Shown here: positions 51,478 to 62,992 of the stretch, one piece after another | Layout: every line of letters starts with the position of its first letter | How positions within the stretch are numbered: the stretch's first letter is position 1 | Origin: Podospora anserina | Lineage: Eukaryota | Length of the DNA stretch: 64,000 nt | Direction: 5' to 3' | Assembly: GCA_017654855.1 (NCBI GenBank) | Contig: CM030337.1 | Span: 620,001-684,000 of the forward strand | Made by a program: the position numbers and the translations under genes | Notes under the pieces: generated by a model | Told to the model about the DNA's origin: nothing | Databases searched by the model: none | Seen by the model: only the letters and a program-made list of their open reading frames with translations

Positions 51478-51588
51478 GTAAGCTCATCCAAGCCCTCATC
51501 ACACAAAGCGCTTGCAATCGTTCAATTTGGGGAGCGAAACCTCAGGTCGCCACTATGGACGAAAGATCAAATGCTAACCCTCGGTCAG
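51478..51588 (+). other. Putative 5'-UTR intron of the 51849 gene
   Basis: GG|GTAAGC ... GCTAAC-cctcggtCAG|, 111 nt. Confidence 0.6.
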
Positions 51589-51848
51589 TTCTTGCACACA
51601 AACCCAAAGTAAGCCGGGTTAGCAGCTGCTGTTCTGCCATCCATCCCCGTCTGCAGACACCCTGTATTTTGGCTGAGCTTTGCGACTTTGGAATCTTGCG
51701 GAATTTTCTCCTACACTACTTGGGGCCCTGCGAACTTTTCTGTTCCCTCTGCCTTTTTTTTTTTTCACCCACCACAATTCTCGAAATATCCACGCATTCC
51801 CACCACAGACTGCTTTTCCGCCTCCAGAGAAAGACCAAAGCCATAGAT

Positions 51849-54204
51849 ATGGCTTATATGAACTCCGACTCCGAGTCGGAAGCCGGCGGTCACCCCGGCT
51901 TCAGTCACTCCCACGGCGGCGGTGCGCCGCTCTACCCCCCCTCCCCCTCCCCCCAACCCACCAAGCCCTCGCCCATCGGCTCAGAGATGGCCAAGAAGAA
52001 GGCAGCGGAGAAGAAGCTCGCCGAAAAGGTTGAGCATGCCGAGAAGAACGGCAACCCAACCCCCGCCACCAAGGTGTTAACGACACCTTCGTCGACCTTG
52101 GCCGGGGGTTCCTCCAGTCGTGAATCCTTGGTCTACAATGGCAGACCCAAGAAGAGCGCCGCCACCACTGATGCTCCCATCGTCGATCAGTTCGATCGAC
52201 TTTCTTTGGCTCCGCCCCAACAGGTCGTCAAGACCACGAGCCAGATCTTCCGCGGGGCTGCTGCCAAGGTGTCGAAGAATTTCGAGGATGACGAGATCCA
52301 TCATGATCACAAGGTTTGTTTATTTGCTCCCCCTTCAGTTCTGTGGCTTGGCACTAACCTCCTGCTAGGAAATGCGAAAGCAGTGTCGTTTGGTCTTGCG
52401 CCGCATCTGGGGACTGCGTGAAGGCCTGCACATGTTGCAAGATACTGCGGGTATCTCTGACGAGTTTTTGAAGCAACTAGACTACGACATCCAGGGCCTC
52501 ATCAACTCCGTTTCTCAGATGATGGATGAGGGTGACAAGGTCGGCCTGGAGCTTCTTCGACTTATTGCCCTTGCTGAGTCGTGTGGAGATGAAGGCCGCA
52601 AGACTCAAGAGGACCTTCAGCGGTTCAAGAAAGAGCACGAGAGCATCGTCGAGGAGTACAAGTTCGCCAAGGAAGAGCTAAAGCAAGTCTTGACCGACAA
52701 CAGGTTGGAAGTCCAGATGGCCCAGCAGAGGGTCAAGGAGCTGGAGGAGGAGCGCCTTACTCTTGACCAGGTTGTTGCGACCTACAAGAGTAAGAATGCC
52801 AGAGACTCGGAGATGATCCAGTTTCTCCGCGAGAAGCTCGAAAAGCTAGACATGGAGAACGGTTACCTGCGTGAGCAGGTTGAAGGCAAACGCAATCTCT
52901 GGATGCAGGTTCACACCGACGAAAAGGAGCGCGATGCTGCCCGAAACATCATCAAGCAGTCGTCGATGCTTGGAATGGGCCAGTCTCGCCCATTGTCACA
53001 CCATGTCTCCCAAGTGAGCCTCCGTCCGGGCCCCCGGCATGGTCCGCATCATGATCAAGGCCTCCGATCTTTCCAGTCCTACAGCCAACTGCCGTCTGGC
53101 TTGTCTCCCAAGGACTCGCAGCTGATTCGGACTCCGCATGGCGGGACCTCCACGATACCTAACGGACCCCAGTCTTTGCAAAACTCTCATCTCAAGCAGA
53201 TTACATCTGGCAGCACAGCTTCTGCAAACAGAATCCTGAACAGTAAGGCCACTACTGCCGATAACTGGCGTCGCTCCACTCCGCGGGCTTCAATCATCAG
53301 GGCCGATTTATCTGGCAGTCCGTCTGAACGCAATCCTGCTTCACCGTATGCTACCTTCTCGGACCTGGAGAGTCCTGCCGCGTTCAAGCAGACTGATGAA
53401 ACGACATGGGCCAGAGAATTTGAGGATTTCTATAGCCTGATGCTTGGATTCTGCAACTCGCACTTCAAGCGTCTTCAGGTCAATCCCCAGATTGTTCACG
53501 CCAGCATCCAGACCAAGATACCGAGCTTGTACAATTACATGTGCACGGTCATCAACCCCAGGAGGCCGGAGGAAGGCCAAGGCTATGCCTTGTCTCTCTT
53601 GTGCGAGACCACTACGCGCCCCTACTACCTACTTCGCCTCATGCTGCAGCACATTGTCAACCTGATCTTCACCACCGACGGCTGGACTGGATTCAGCAAG
53701 GCTGTTGATGAAGAGATGGAGAGCCTTGGTCAAGTCTTGGAGTGCAGCAAGAAGCTCTCAGAGCGCGATGCAGCCAGCAAACGTTTGGCCGAGCTTGTCG
53801 CCGAAATTGAGGCAAACAAGCAAGGACCAAACTTCAAGAATCGCAAGGTCATCGAGCACAACCAGATTCTGAGGAAGATGATCGCGCCTTTCATCAAGCT
53901 GGCCAAGGCCAACCAAGAGGCCATCTTGCACGACTTGTTTACCGTCACGCAGGCCGCCTGGGAGTTGTCGTCTAAGCTGCTCAAGGCGAAGCGCACGTTC
54001 CACTACGTCTTCAACGACACGGGTGCCAAATATTCAGACGACGTCCATATGGCGGTTGAGACTCTTCTGAAGCCGGGGGATATGGCTCTCCGAAACTACA
54101 GGGTCAAGCTCTCGATCACGCCCATCGTCACGATGCGCAGCGATGAGAATCTTACCATCCGGGCCTCGCAGATTGTGAAGGCCAAAGTTTTGGTCATGCC
54201 CTAG
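51849..54204 (+). CDS. Uncharacterised coiled-coil protein with globular C-terminal domain (766 aa); exons 51849-52313, 52369-54204
   Basis: GTTTGT..ACTAAC..TAG intron joins the two ORFs in phase 0. Heptad-rich segment, S/P linker, then a domain running WAREFEDFY...LHDLF..AWELS...VKLSITPIVTMR..KAKVLVMP. Confidence 0.85.
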
Positions 54205-55859
54205 GTTGATCTCATCACTATTGTTTCCACCATGTGTATCTATCACTTTTGGTTCCAGCAGTTCATGCGCCATTTCGTTCAATCTTTGCACTGGCAGCGC
54301 TTGATCACAGACCATCAACCTCTAATTTCCCTTTTATTTTCGGCATCCCTTCAGCATCTCAGGTGGCTATTTTTCGAGAGCCCAAGGTCTGCCTTGCTCC
54401 CCTTGGGCAATACACTTGGTATTGTCCTTTGCATTGGCGAACTCCAAAACGCCCTGTCCGTTTGGACGAGGCACCAAAAAAAACTCACCACCCAACAAGT
54501 GTGGAAAAAGATGCTTTTCCGCCGACAACATACTCGCAACATTTTTATCCACAAGTTTTCCTTTTTCTCAGCATGCACACCAGCAAGTTCTTGTTCAAGA
54601 AGAGGGTTCGAGGCTCAGCCACAGCATTCCTCACTCAACAAACAGAACGTGCAACTCCTGTGCAACATTTTTTCCCTTGCACCTTGCAAATTCGCAAGAG
54701 AAGGCGATTTCACTGGCGACCAATTTCGATTCCACAAGATGGAGAGAAAGGATCACCACACATTACTCATCCACACATACATCGATCCACTTAAGGGAGG
54801 GTGACGGGAGGGAGTTGGGGTTGGTTTCCTGGCTTTCTTTTCGGGTGATTGGATGGATGGGACAGATGGATAAATGGGGGAGATAGATAAAGATGGATAG
54901 ATGGGTTGGTCTGCGCTTTTATGGGCAGGCGGTAGGCTTTTCATAGCAGTATTTAGTATGTACTTGGTAGTATCTTGTGGTTCCTTGTGATGGGTGAGTG
55001 TGATGTCCGCCTTCTTTGTTATGAGTTGTCGAATGAGTCAGATGAGGCGAGCTTGTCATCAGGTTCAAGATAGGTATCGGGCAGTTGATGTTGCGGTGTT
55101 GAGGTGTTGCAAGTTCACCGCAGAGGCGGCTTATTCTGCCTGAGTGTCAGTATCGGGACCATTTAACCTGGTGTATGTCGATGGCAAAGTGATAAAATGT
55201 GCCCCCAACTGGAATTGGGCGCATCGCCTTCCATTAGCCACCGATATGGGCAAGACATGATAATAACCTACCTAAGAGCCTCAGGACTAGCGGCTAACCC
55301 GGCACACCGGAACCATCAATGACATGCATAGGTGACATCCCTTAAGTTCATCATGAAATACATTTGCCGCATAAGGCCGAATTAACTGCGCCGCAGTTGT
55401 GGTCACGCTTGTGAAGTTGTTAAGGCTTTGGTGCAGGTCACACCCAAATCTTAACACTTATATACAGCCCCTGCCGGCCCCACAAATTGAGGCTGGGGTC
55501 TGCTGCGCCTGTCTACCCCCCTTGGGGTACAGCCTCGGGCCAATGGTAATGTTCAAAGCATCAATAGGCAAGGCATCCAACGAGGGGAAATTCCAAAATG
55601 CTCACACCTGAACCCACTTGTGATCCAGATGCGGGGTTTACTTATAGTTGGTTAGAACTCCATGTATCTATCACAAGAGGGGTTATCCAGCAATTCATCT
55701 GAAGTCTTCACAAAGACCCTGAAACTAACAGCTGACCGCAACTGCCTGCAGAGCAACAGACAGATAAACACCACCTGCTTTCATCATTGAGCAGAAAACA
55801 CCCCACTTGCCAGTCTTCTGCCAGCAATATCCTTTTCAGGTTCAAATTTTGGAGTAGAA

Positions 55860-56954
55860 ATGGCCTCTTTACAACCAGAACCCCGCGGCCGCTCTCGAGC
55901 ATCCTCAGCAGCCTCTTCTATCAGGTCCAACACCAGTGACACCAAAAGAAGCTTCTTCGGCTCTCTCAAAGACATAGTCAAGAGATCCTCCCGCTCACCC
56001 TCACCAGACCCAAACAAGATGTGCAACCCCTTCTTCACCAGCGCGGCGACAGTGACGGCGAACGACATGGCAGCCGGAGCCCCGTTGTCAGAAGCACCAC
56101 CCCCCTACACGGCCCAGCCCCCCCAGCCCAACCCATCAATCTCCATCGACAAACCCACCACCAACCCCCAACACCAGACCCCCTCCCCCTCCCCCTCAGC
56201 AACGTCCATCCTCTCCACCCCGGAAGACCCTTATGCCTTCCTTTCCATGTTCGACACCATCTTTCTGATTGACGACTCAGGCTCAATGTCCTCCCAAAAC
56301 AGGTGGAAAGAAACCAAATCAGCCCTGCAAGCCATCGCACCTATTTGCACCGCCCACGACAGCGACGGGGTAGACGTCTACTTCCTCAACTCCAAAAACC
56401 CCGCGCACCGCTCCACGGGGTTTATAGGGAGGAAAACAGCGCAGTCGATCAACCAGCTGTTCAGCGACGTGCACCCCACAGGATGGACACCCACCGGTTC
56501 AAGAATCAGGAACATTCTCGGTCCGTATGTCAAGAGATATGTCGAGATGGTGAAGAGGGGTGTGGACCCGGATAACACGGGGATTAAGCCGGTGAATGTG
56601 ATTGTGATTACGGACGGGGCGGCGAGCGATGACCCGGAGGGGGTGATTGTCAACCTGGCGAGGAAGCTGGACGAGGTTGAGGCGCCGAGTCACCAGGTCG
56701 GGATACAGTTTTTTCAGGTTGGGGATGATGGGGAGGCGGGGAGGGCGCTGAGGGAGTTGGATGATGGGTTGAGGGGGGTGAGGGATATGGTTGATACTGT
56801 GAGCTTTGATCAGAGGGGCAGCTGGGCGGATGGGGGGGGGAGGGTGTTGAGTGCCGAGGGGATTTTGAAGACGGTGCTGGGGGCGGTGGTGAAGAGGTTG
56901 GATCGGAGGGTTGTGGGGGAGAGGCAGGGGGGGTTGTTGGCGCCTAGGAGTTAG
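55860..56954 (+). CDS. von Willebrand factor type A domain protein
   Basis: MIDAS motif FLIDDSGSM, plus GWTPTG, VIVITDG and GIQFFQVG; PPPY motif in a disordered N-terminus. Confidence 0.88.
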   Translation: MASLQPEPRGRSRASSAASSIRSNTSDTKRSFFGSLKDIVKRSSRSPSPDPNKMCNPFFTSAATVTANDMAAGAPLSEAPPPYTAQPPQPNPSISIDKPTTNPQHQTPSPSPSATSILSTPEDPYAFLSMFDTIFLIDDSGSMSSQNRWKETKSALQAIAPICTAHDSDGVDVYFLNSKNPAHRSTGFIGRKTAQSINQLFSDVHPTGWTPTGSRIRNILGPYVKRYVEMVKRGVDPDNTGIKPVNVIVITDGAASDDPEGVIVNLARKLDEVEAPSHQVGIQFFQVGDDGEAGRALRELDDGLRGVRDMVDTVSFDQRGSWADGGGRVLSAEGILKTVLGAVVKRLDRRVVGERQGGLLAPRS

Positions 56955-58009
56955 ATGATGTTTTTACTTTTGGGTTGGGGTTGAATTCAGTGGTTGTGTT
57001 TGACATGCGTGTTTTCTTCTTGGGGAAAGTCATCTTAGACAGTGGGTTGGGGTTTGAGGAGGGTTGTGTGTGTGTGTTGGGGGGGGCAGCGGTGATTTTA
57101 TGGAATCATGAGGGTAACAACAAGACCTGAGGAGGGGAAACTAGAAAGGGGCGGTTTCTATGATACCTGTTGACTGATATATTCTGCTTATTTTCTTGAC
57201 ATGTTTTGTTAGTAGCTCGCGGCAGCTGAGATTCAACAGCGGAGTACCTTATCTGATTTATTACTGCATTTTGATCACGGTTCAAGTTCTCTTTTCTGTG
57301 TGTTGCAAATTGGGTGCCAGAAGTAGTGATTACATCTGTGCGGCTTGTGCTTTGTTGAGATGGCTTGAGGATGGGAGATATGCTTTTTTTCTTAGGGAGG
57401 GGGGAACGATGGGGCTGTAGGTTGGCCGGTGTGTGGTGTTTGAGGTGGATGGGAAGGTTCCATGTGCCACCTGCCTACCCACCCGCTCGCTCTGTTGGGC
57501 TGGTTGTTCGTTGGGCTGGTTATTGTGAGTTGGTGTTATATGGCGTTGCGCGATAGGCGTTTACGCCACCTGCTCGTGTTCTACCTAGCCAGTTGAGCAC
57601 ACTCAGACGACCATGTTTTAGTTACGCCTCCATTCAGCCACACCAAATATTACCACAACCATATGACGCTGTTGTTGTGGGGTTCGGGGGGTTGAAGTCC
57701 CCGGGGATGAGGTTGTTGCTTTGGGGAAGGGTATGGAAGGTGATCTTGACAGGAGGACACACTGTGCTCAAGTGAGCTTCCGGTAAGGTCTGATGGAACT
57801 ACTGGCGGGACTGCCCGGTTGCACTAGTGATTCCTTCCATCTGAGCCAGAAAGTTACAGGTGGCATGGCCAAAGCAAAGTTGGACGGGACGGCAGCTGGT
57901 TGAGTCGTCTTTTGCAAGATGGCCGGATGTGTAACCAGTTCACTAACAAATCACCAACAACAGCACCATCCATCAGCACTTCAATAGTCGATATTCAACC
58001 GCCGCAAAC

Positions 58010-58964
58010 ATGAATTGGCGTGCCCGTGCATCGCTAATCCAAAGCCCGACTGGAGAAAGTCAATGGTGTGATTGCATTCCTCCCCCAGAGGTAAATTGTT
58101 GGAGCAACTGTCACTACTGCCAGGTAAGCTTCTCCTGTGCCCATATCCTTTTCCGGCACCAGTCTTGAGTGACGCATGGATCAGAAAATCAAAGTGGATG
58201 GGATCGATTCCAAGGGTATCCCGTGGTGCCTGGATCGCGGCAGCGGGGATCAATACTCCGATTGGAGTACTTGCTACCTGAATCTGGCGGTAGATCCGAA
58301 CGACATCATGAGGCATCCGAGTTCTTCACCAAATCTCGCCGACTATTATATCAATCCTGTGCGGGCCATACTTCCGCCTCCTTGGGACCCCTACGGTTAC
58401 GGTGCGTCTCGCAATCGCTTGGTCTCTGCAACTCAGCCATGGGGGCAGCCGACCCAGACGAATAACTCGGCGGCAACTGATACCAATACGCAGCAAGGTC
58501 AGAATCCCGCAGATAGGCACAAGACATGTGAATGTTCCCTGGATGATCATGAAAAATTATTTTGCGCAAAAAAGGACGTCAAATGCAATACTATCCCCCT
58601 GCCCGCCCGCGCGTCGGAATACGATGGTGAAATATTTTGTGATACTTGTCACCCGCCCACATCGTGCAGTGAGCAGAGAGAAGAGTGGAACGCCCAGCCT
58701 GGACTGGGAGCCCGGACATGTGAATGTATCGACAAGGCCAATGGACAAAAACGGGCCTGGTGCAAAAAATCTCGCTTCCAGTGCACTTGGATTCCCACGA
58801 GCGCGAGAGGTAATGTGATATATTGCCAAATGTGTCGCCAGTGGCCGGTACGGAGAGTTTGGCTCCCCTCTTGGCGCTTCGTTTCACTGATCATAGGCTT
58901 AAAATAGACATGCAGTTCCAGTAAACACGAGTACCAGTTACAACACCCGGAAACGATTGACTGA
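58010..58964 (+). CDS. Orphan Cys-rich protein with two tandem 7-Cys repeats and an N-terminal Cys cluster (277 aa); exons 58010-58123, 58185-58847, 58908-58964
   Basis: CAAAC-ATG start; introns 58124-58184 (GTAAGC..CAG) and 58848-58907 (GTACGG..CTGAT..TAG). Splicing intron 2 supplies the 7th Cys of repeat 2, matching repeat 1. Confidence 0.75.
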
Positions 58965-59584
58965 GCATAGGCTGGGACGGGATCCACTCCTCGGATGAAG
59001 ATGCCAAACTTGGCTGGTTCTGGACGAAGGATAGCGGTTTTTTTTCCTTTTCTTCGTTTGATCGGAATGTGGTGGTAGAAGCGGAACACATTTTGTCATT
59101 GTTTAAAGGGGTTGGTGGATTAAAACAGAGAGTAATAGAAAAGTATGAATATTGGTGAAACAAATATCAAAAGGCTATTACCATATCTTGCTTGATCCCA
59201 AAGCCTCTTGTGGGGTGTGTGTAGGATGTCATCCTCGTGCTCCTCGCGATGCTTAGAATAATAATGAGGTTTGCTTATCATGATCACAAGCTTGGGCAGA
59301 TCTGCCTTTGTGCAAATGGTATTTACTTGTCAGGATTCGCGGTCATGTATGTAGCCCAGCAAGAATTTGCTCATTTAAGATGATATTTGATTTTTTTTCT
59401 GCCTTCTTTCAACTTCTCCTGGGCCTGATTTGTATCAATACTCAGCTCTCCTGTCATAAACAAAGGAATCCAGACCTCAACGACATGTACCTATCCTACT
59501 ATCTGTCACCCCACGCCATCCGATTCCTGAGCCCTGTGGGCTAGACTGTATCATAGATTCTAGTCTCGTCTGTTTTGTTCCAGT

Positions 59585-60892
59585 TTAATCCGAAACTTTC
59601 TCCTCCTCATCATAATCAACCGTTGTTTCAGAGTGCCGGCGAACAGTGACTAACTCGAGGAGCTTGGCGCACAGCAAGCTCAGGAAGGCTCCCAGTACAA
59701 GAGCATCAGCCATGGCGTGCTTGCCGAGCCAGACGCCCGTCAATACCGAGCAGATGATTGCTATAAGGCCGAAGTCTGCCCAGCACCGAGGCTTTTGTAC
59801 GAGATGATAAACTCCTGCGAATGAGTAGACCAAGACGGCGGAGATGCGGGCTTCTGAGCTTGGATGTTGTAGATCCTGAGGCAGATAGCCTGATACTGCA
59901 GACTGGGTAAGCCACTCGTGATATGGACTGAATCCCAGAGCTTGCCCTGTCAGGTTGTTAGTCGATAGGCAATCACGCAAGGCTTTGAGATACCAACCTG
60001 TTGATGGATGAAAGTTGACTATCACGAAAGCTGAAAGTCCTCCTGCGAACATTGTGCTCCAGTCGGCGATGAGGGCAGAGATACTGGGTTCAAGCTTGAT
60101 CGAAGAGCGGTTCTGTTTCTGGCGATCAACCGGGAGGAATGTCCCTCCACGTGTGCGAATTACGCATCTCCCATGGTGTGGGTGGGTTGCTCCGTTCCGA
60201 AGCCTTTGCTGATGTCGCCACCTGAGATGCCACACATTTGCTGATATGATGGACATGACGAGAAGAAGCCGAGCTGTGCCTGCTCCCCTTTGCAACTTGG
60301 ACGCGAACTTCAGGCCGACTAACATCAGGGGCATGCTGCTGATGAGTCCGAGGGCGTCCAAGACCCGCTCAGATATAAAACTCATGCGATGCCTCAACGA
60401 TATCTGTGCTGTGGTGGTGCATCTCGGATCGAGATTGATGCATTCTGCCCGACAGCTGGAAAAAGTAATGGGAATGTCGCTATGGAGCGGCGCCCTTGGG
60501 CAATGTCTCCAAGGTGGAAGCTTTCCTTTCATGCTGGGAGCTGCTGAGGTATAGTCCGCTGCAGAGTCACAGAAACGAGAGTCAACAGGAGTAGCGCCCT
60601 TGTGCTGACGGTTGTTGAATGGATGCGAAGAAATCCCATGCGGCAACGCAACATTCATGTCCATCGCTTCCCCAGCATTGTTGCTAGACATATCCGCGAT
60701 AATATCGCGGGGTTCTTCGCTTGCAGGTTGGTTGTTGTCGTTTAAGAACGGGCGGCGAGAGGTTGTGTGTGTTGGGAAATCGTCTTCAAGTGATATCCTA
60801 CACGGCAGAATTAGAAAACTCACTTTTCAGCGAACGAAGCAATAAACATGCAAATCAAAAGGCACTGTGGCCTCTGATTTAGCTCGTTCCAT
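59585..60892 (-). CDS. Orphan multi-pass membrane protein (~417 aa); tentative exons 60892-60852, 60797-59585
   Basis: 412-codon open frame with 3-5 hydrophobic segments in the C-terminal half. An upstream in-frame ATG (MERAKSE) is reachable via a 54-nt GCATGT..CTAAT..TAG intron that removes an in-frame TGA. The start is uncertain. Confidence 0.55.
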
Positions 60893-61355
60893 GATAGCTG
60901 CCCTGTGAAGTTTGGCGCAAAGGGTAATATGGATCCCAAAATAGTTGAAGTCATGCCAGCTGGTCCAAGAATATGTTGGCTGGTGTTTTGTTTTCTGAAC
61001 GAAATGCCTGTTGCGTGGAGAGCGGCGGGAAGCGAAACTAAAGCAACCGATTGATGTTGAACACCACGCACAGATAGAGAAGGTTAGAAAGAGGTTTGAC
61101 AGCAGGTTCCTAGATGATCCCCGCACATTGATGCGGCATCCCATTTTCTGACAGCCTCGTCCGCTTTGCAAAGAGGGGTCTCTGAGAGTTGACCGCTTCT
61201 GTTCCTACTGTGAATGCTCGCGAAATTGTTCGAGTTCAATCTGTTCTGCTGTACCTCAATTCCCCTAGTCTTCAGCAACATCTACCCTCTCGCCACCTGA
61301 ATACTCTTTCACTTTCTTCGGGTTGTACACCATCTTGCCCAAATACTGGCAACCG

Positions 61356-62755
61356 ATGACCTCCCAGAATAAGTCGAAGGAGGCCCCCAGGGAATATGGC
61401 CGACGAGACTACCTGTCAGCTTCCGAGTTGGATTTCGAAAGGTAAACCCCAGATTTCAAACCCAAATTTACACCCGATAAACAGGCCTAACATGTGTGTA
61501 GTATCGCGGGTTACCTTAAGCTCTCGGATGATGTTAAGAAATCAGACGAGGCCAACAAGCCCGACTTCCCGGTTAGCACCGACCTCCCGGTCAACGACAA
61601 TCAATTTACGTTTGCTCCAGGCCAACTTAGCAAGCTTTTCGACCCCAAAAGCCTATCCGTCTTGTACAAGTTGGGTGGTCTCGCGGTTTCCGGAGGTGCA
61701 TCACTCTCCTACCTGGCAACGGGCCCCTCTCACCGTGGCATGACGATCGTCCCATACGACAATATCCCCAACTCCCACGGGTTGGGGAGATCAAGTTTCC
61801 ATGTGCAGGGTGGGAAAGCCGAGAATGGGTTATCTTCCAAGGGGACACAGGGTCTGATAGTGAAAGGGACTGCTCCATCCGGCCTTCAACCGCCGGATTT
61901 CGACTCTCTCGGAAACCGGCGGCAGCACGACACAACCATTCGCAACGGCATATGGGAGCAGACGAATGACCATAAACGTTTCGTTCACAAATCCTCTGCT
62001 GCGAGCTCACCTCCAATCGATGAGACAGCCATACCTGGGAGCACAACTCAAGGCAACCTCTCCATATGGCGACCACAAAATCTCGCAGCATTAGAGAGTG
62101 CCCAATGGGTAGCACGAATCACGAGCACCGCAACGCTACACCTGGACGCCATGCCCAAACTTCTCCTACCCTTCGTGCTCTTTTAGCCTTTTACCCTCAG
62201 CCTCTGAACAGCAAGAACAAGCAATTGCGACACGCCAGCAAGCTTTCTTCGGTAGTTCTGCCATGGTCACATTCATCTCGTCCGTACTCTCCCTTCAGCT
62301 CGACCAGCTCGATGATCCCCAAAAAGCAAAACTGGTCAAGGTGGTCCTTCGCGTGGCTGGCCCAACATTTCTTTCAGTTCTTGCGGTTGGATGCTCCTTT
62401 TACTGTCTCTCTGATAGAGACAAAAAGAAACCGGTTCCTATCCGTCATCTGCAGTCTAGGCCCCATTCTCTGGATGTTCCTGAAACGCAACCCTACATCT
62501 GGGGCGCTCCAGAACGGGGATGAGGGTGCTGGTGCTTGGATCGATGATGCAACTTTGGTTGGTGTCGTGGCTGTTGTCGCTGGTATCTTGAATGCAGAGC
62601 GTAGTCTCTTCGTGAGGGATGACTTGGAGGGGGGCAACCACCCCGTCCTCCCTGAATTGGAGTCCGGCGGTCGGGACGGTGCCGGCATCAACAGGAGCGG
62701 CGTTGGCCATCAGCCAGGAGGAGATGGGGGTGCCGAGATTACGTCCATAAACTGA
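61356..62755 (+). pseudogene. Orphan membrane-protein gene with a PMC1-like Ca2+-ATPase N-terminal fragment, interrupted by two +1 frame changes (pseudogene, recoded gene or assembly error)
   Basis: Exon 61356-61441 + intron 61442-61501 (GTAAAC..CTAAC..TAG) leads into DNQFTFAPGQLSKLFDPKSLSVLYKLGGL. Hydrophobic segments continue across T4 (62181-62184) and A5 (62422-62426) runs. Confidence 0.5.
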
Positions 62756-62992
62756 TGGCAGTTGAGCATGACTATCAGGTAGATGACGAAGCAGTGATAT
62801 ATGTGGGGGCAGGCTTTGGATATTAGCGATAGGGGTCTTTATTCGGCGCTGGGTCCAAGTCATTTGTATATACTGTTCTAGCTTTACTTTACTCAGATAC
62901 CTCTTACGATTTTATTGAGAATATTATACCAAGCTCACAGGAGAAGATGTAGAGCCAGTGACGGTTTTTCTGGCCCTGACGACAAAGGTGAT

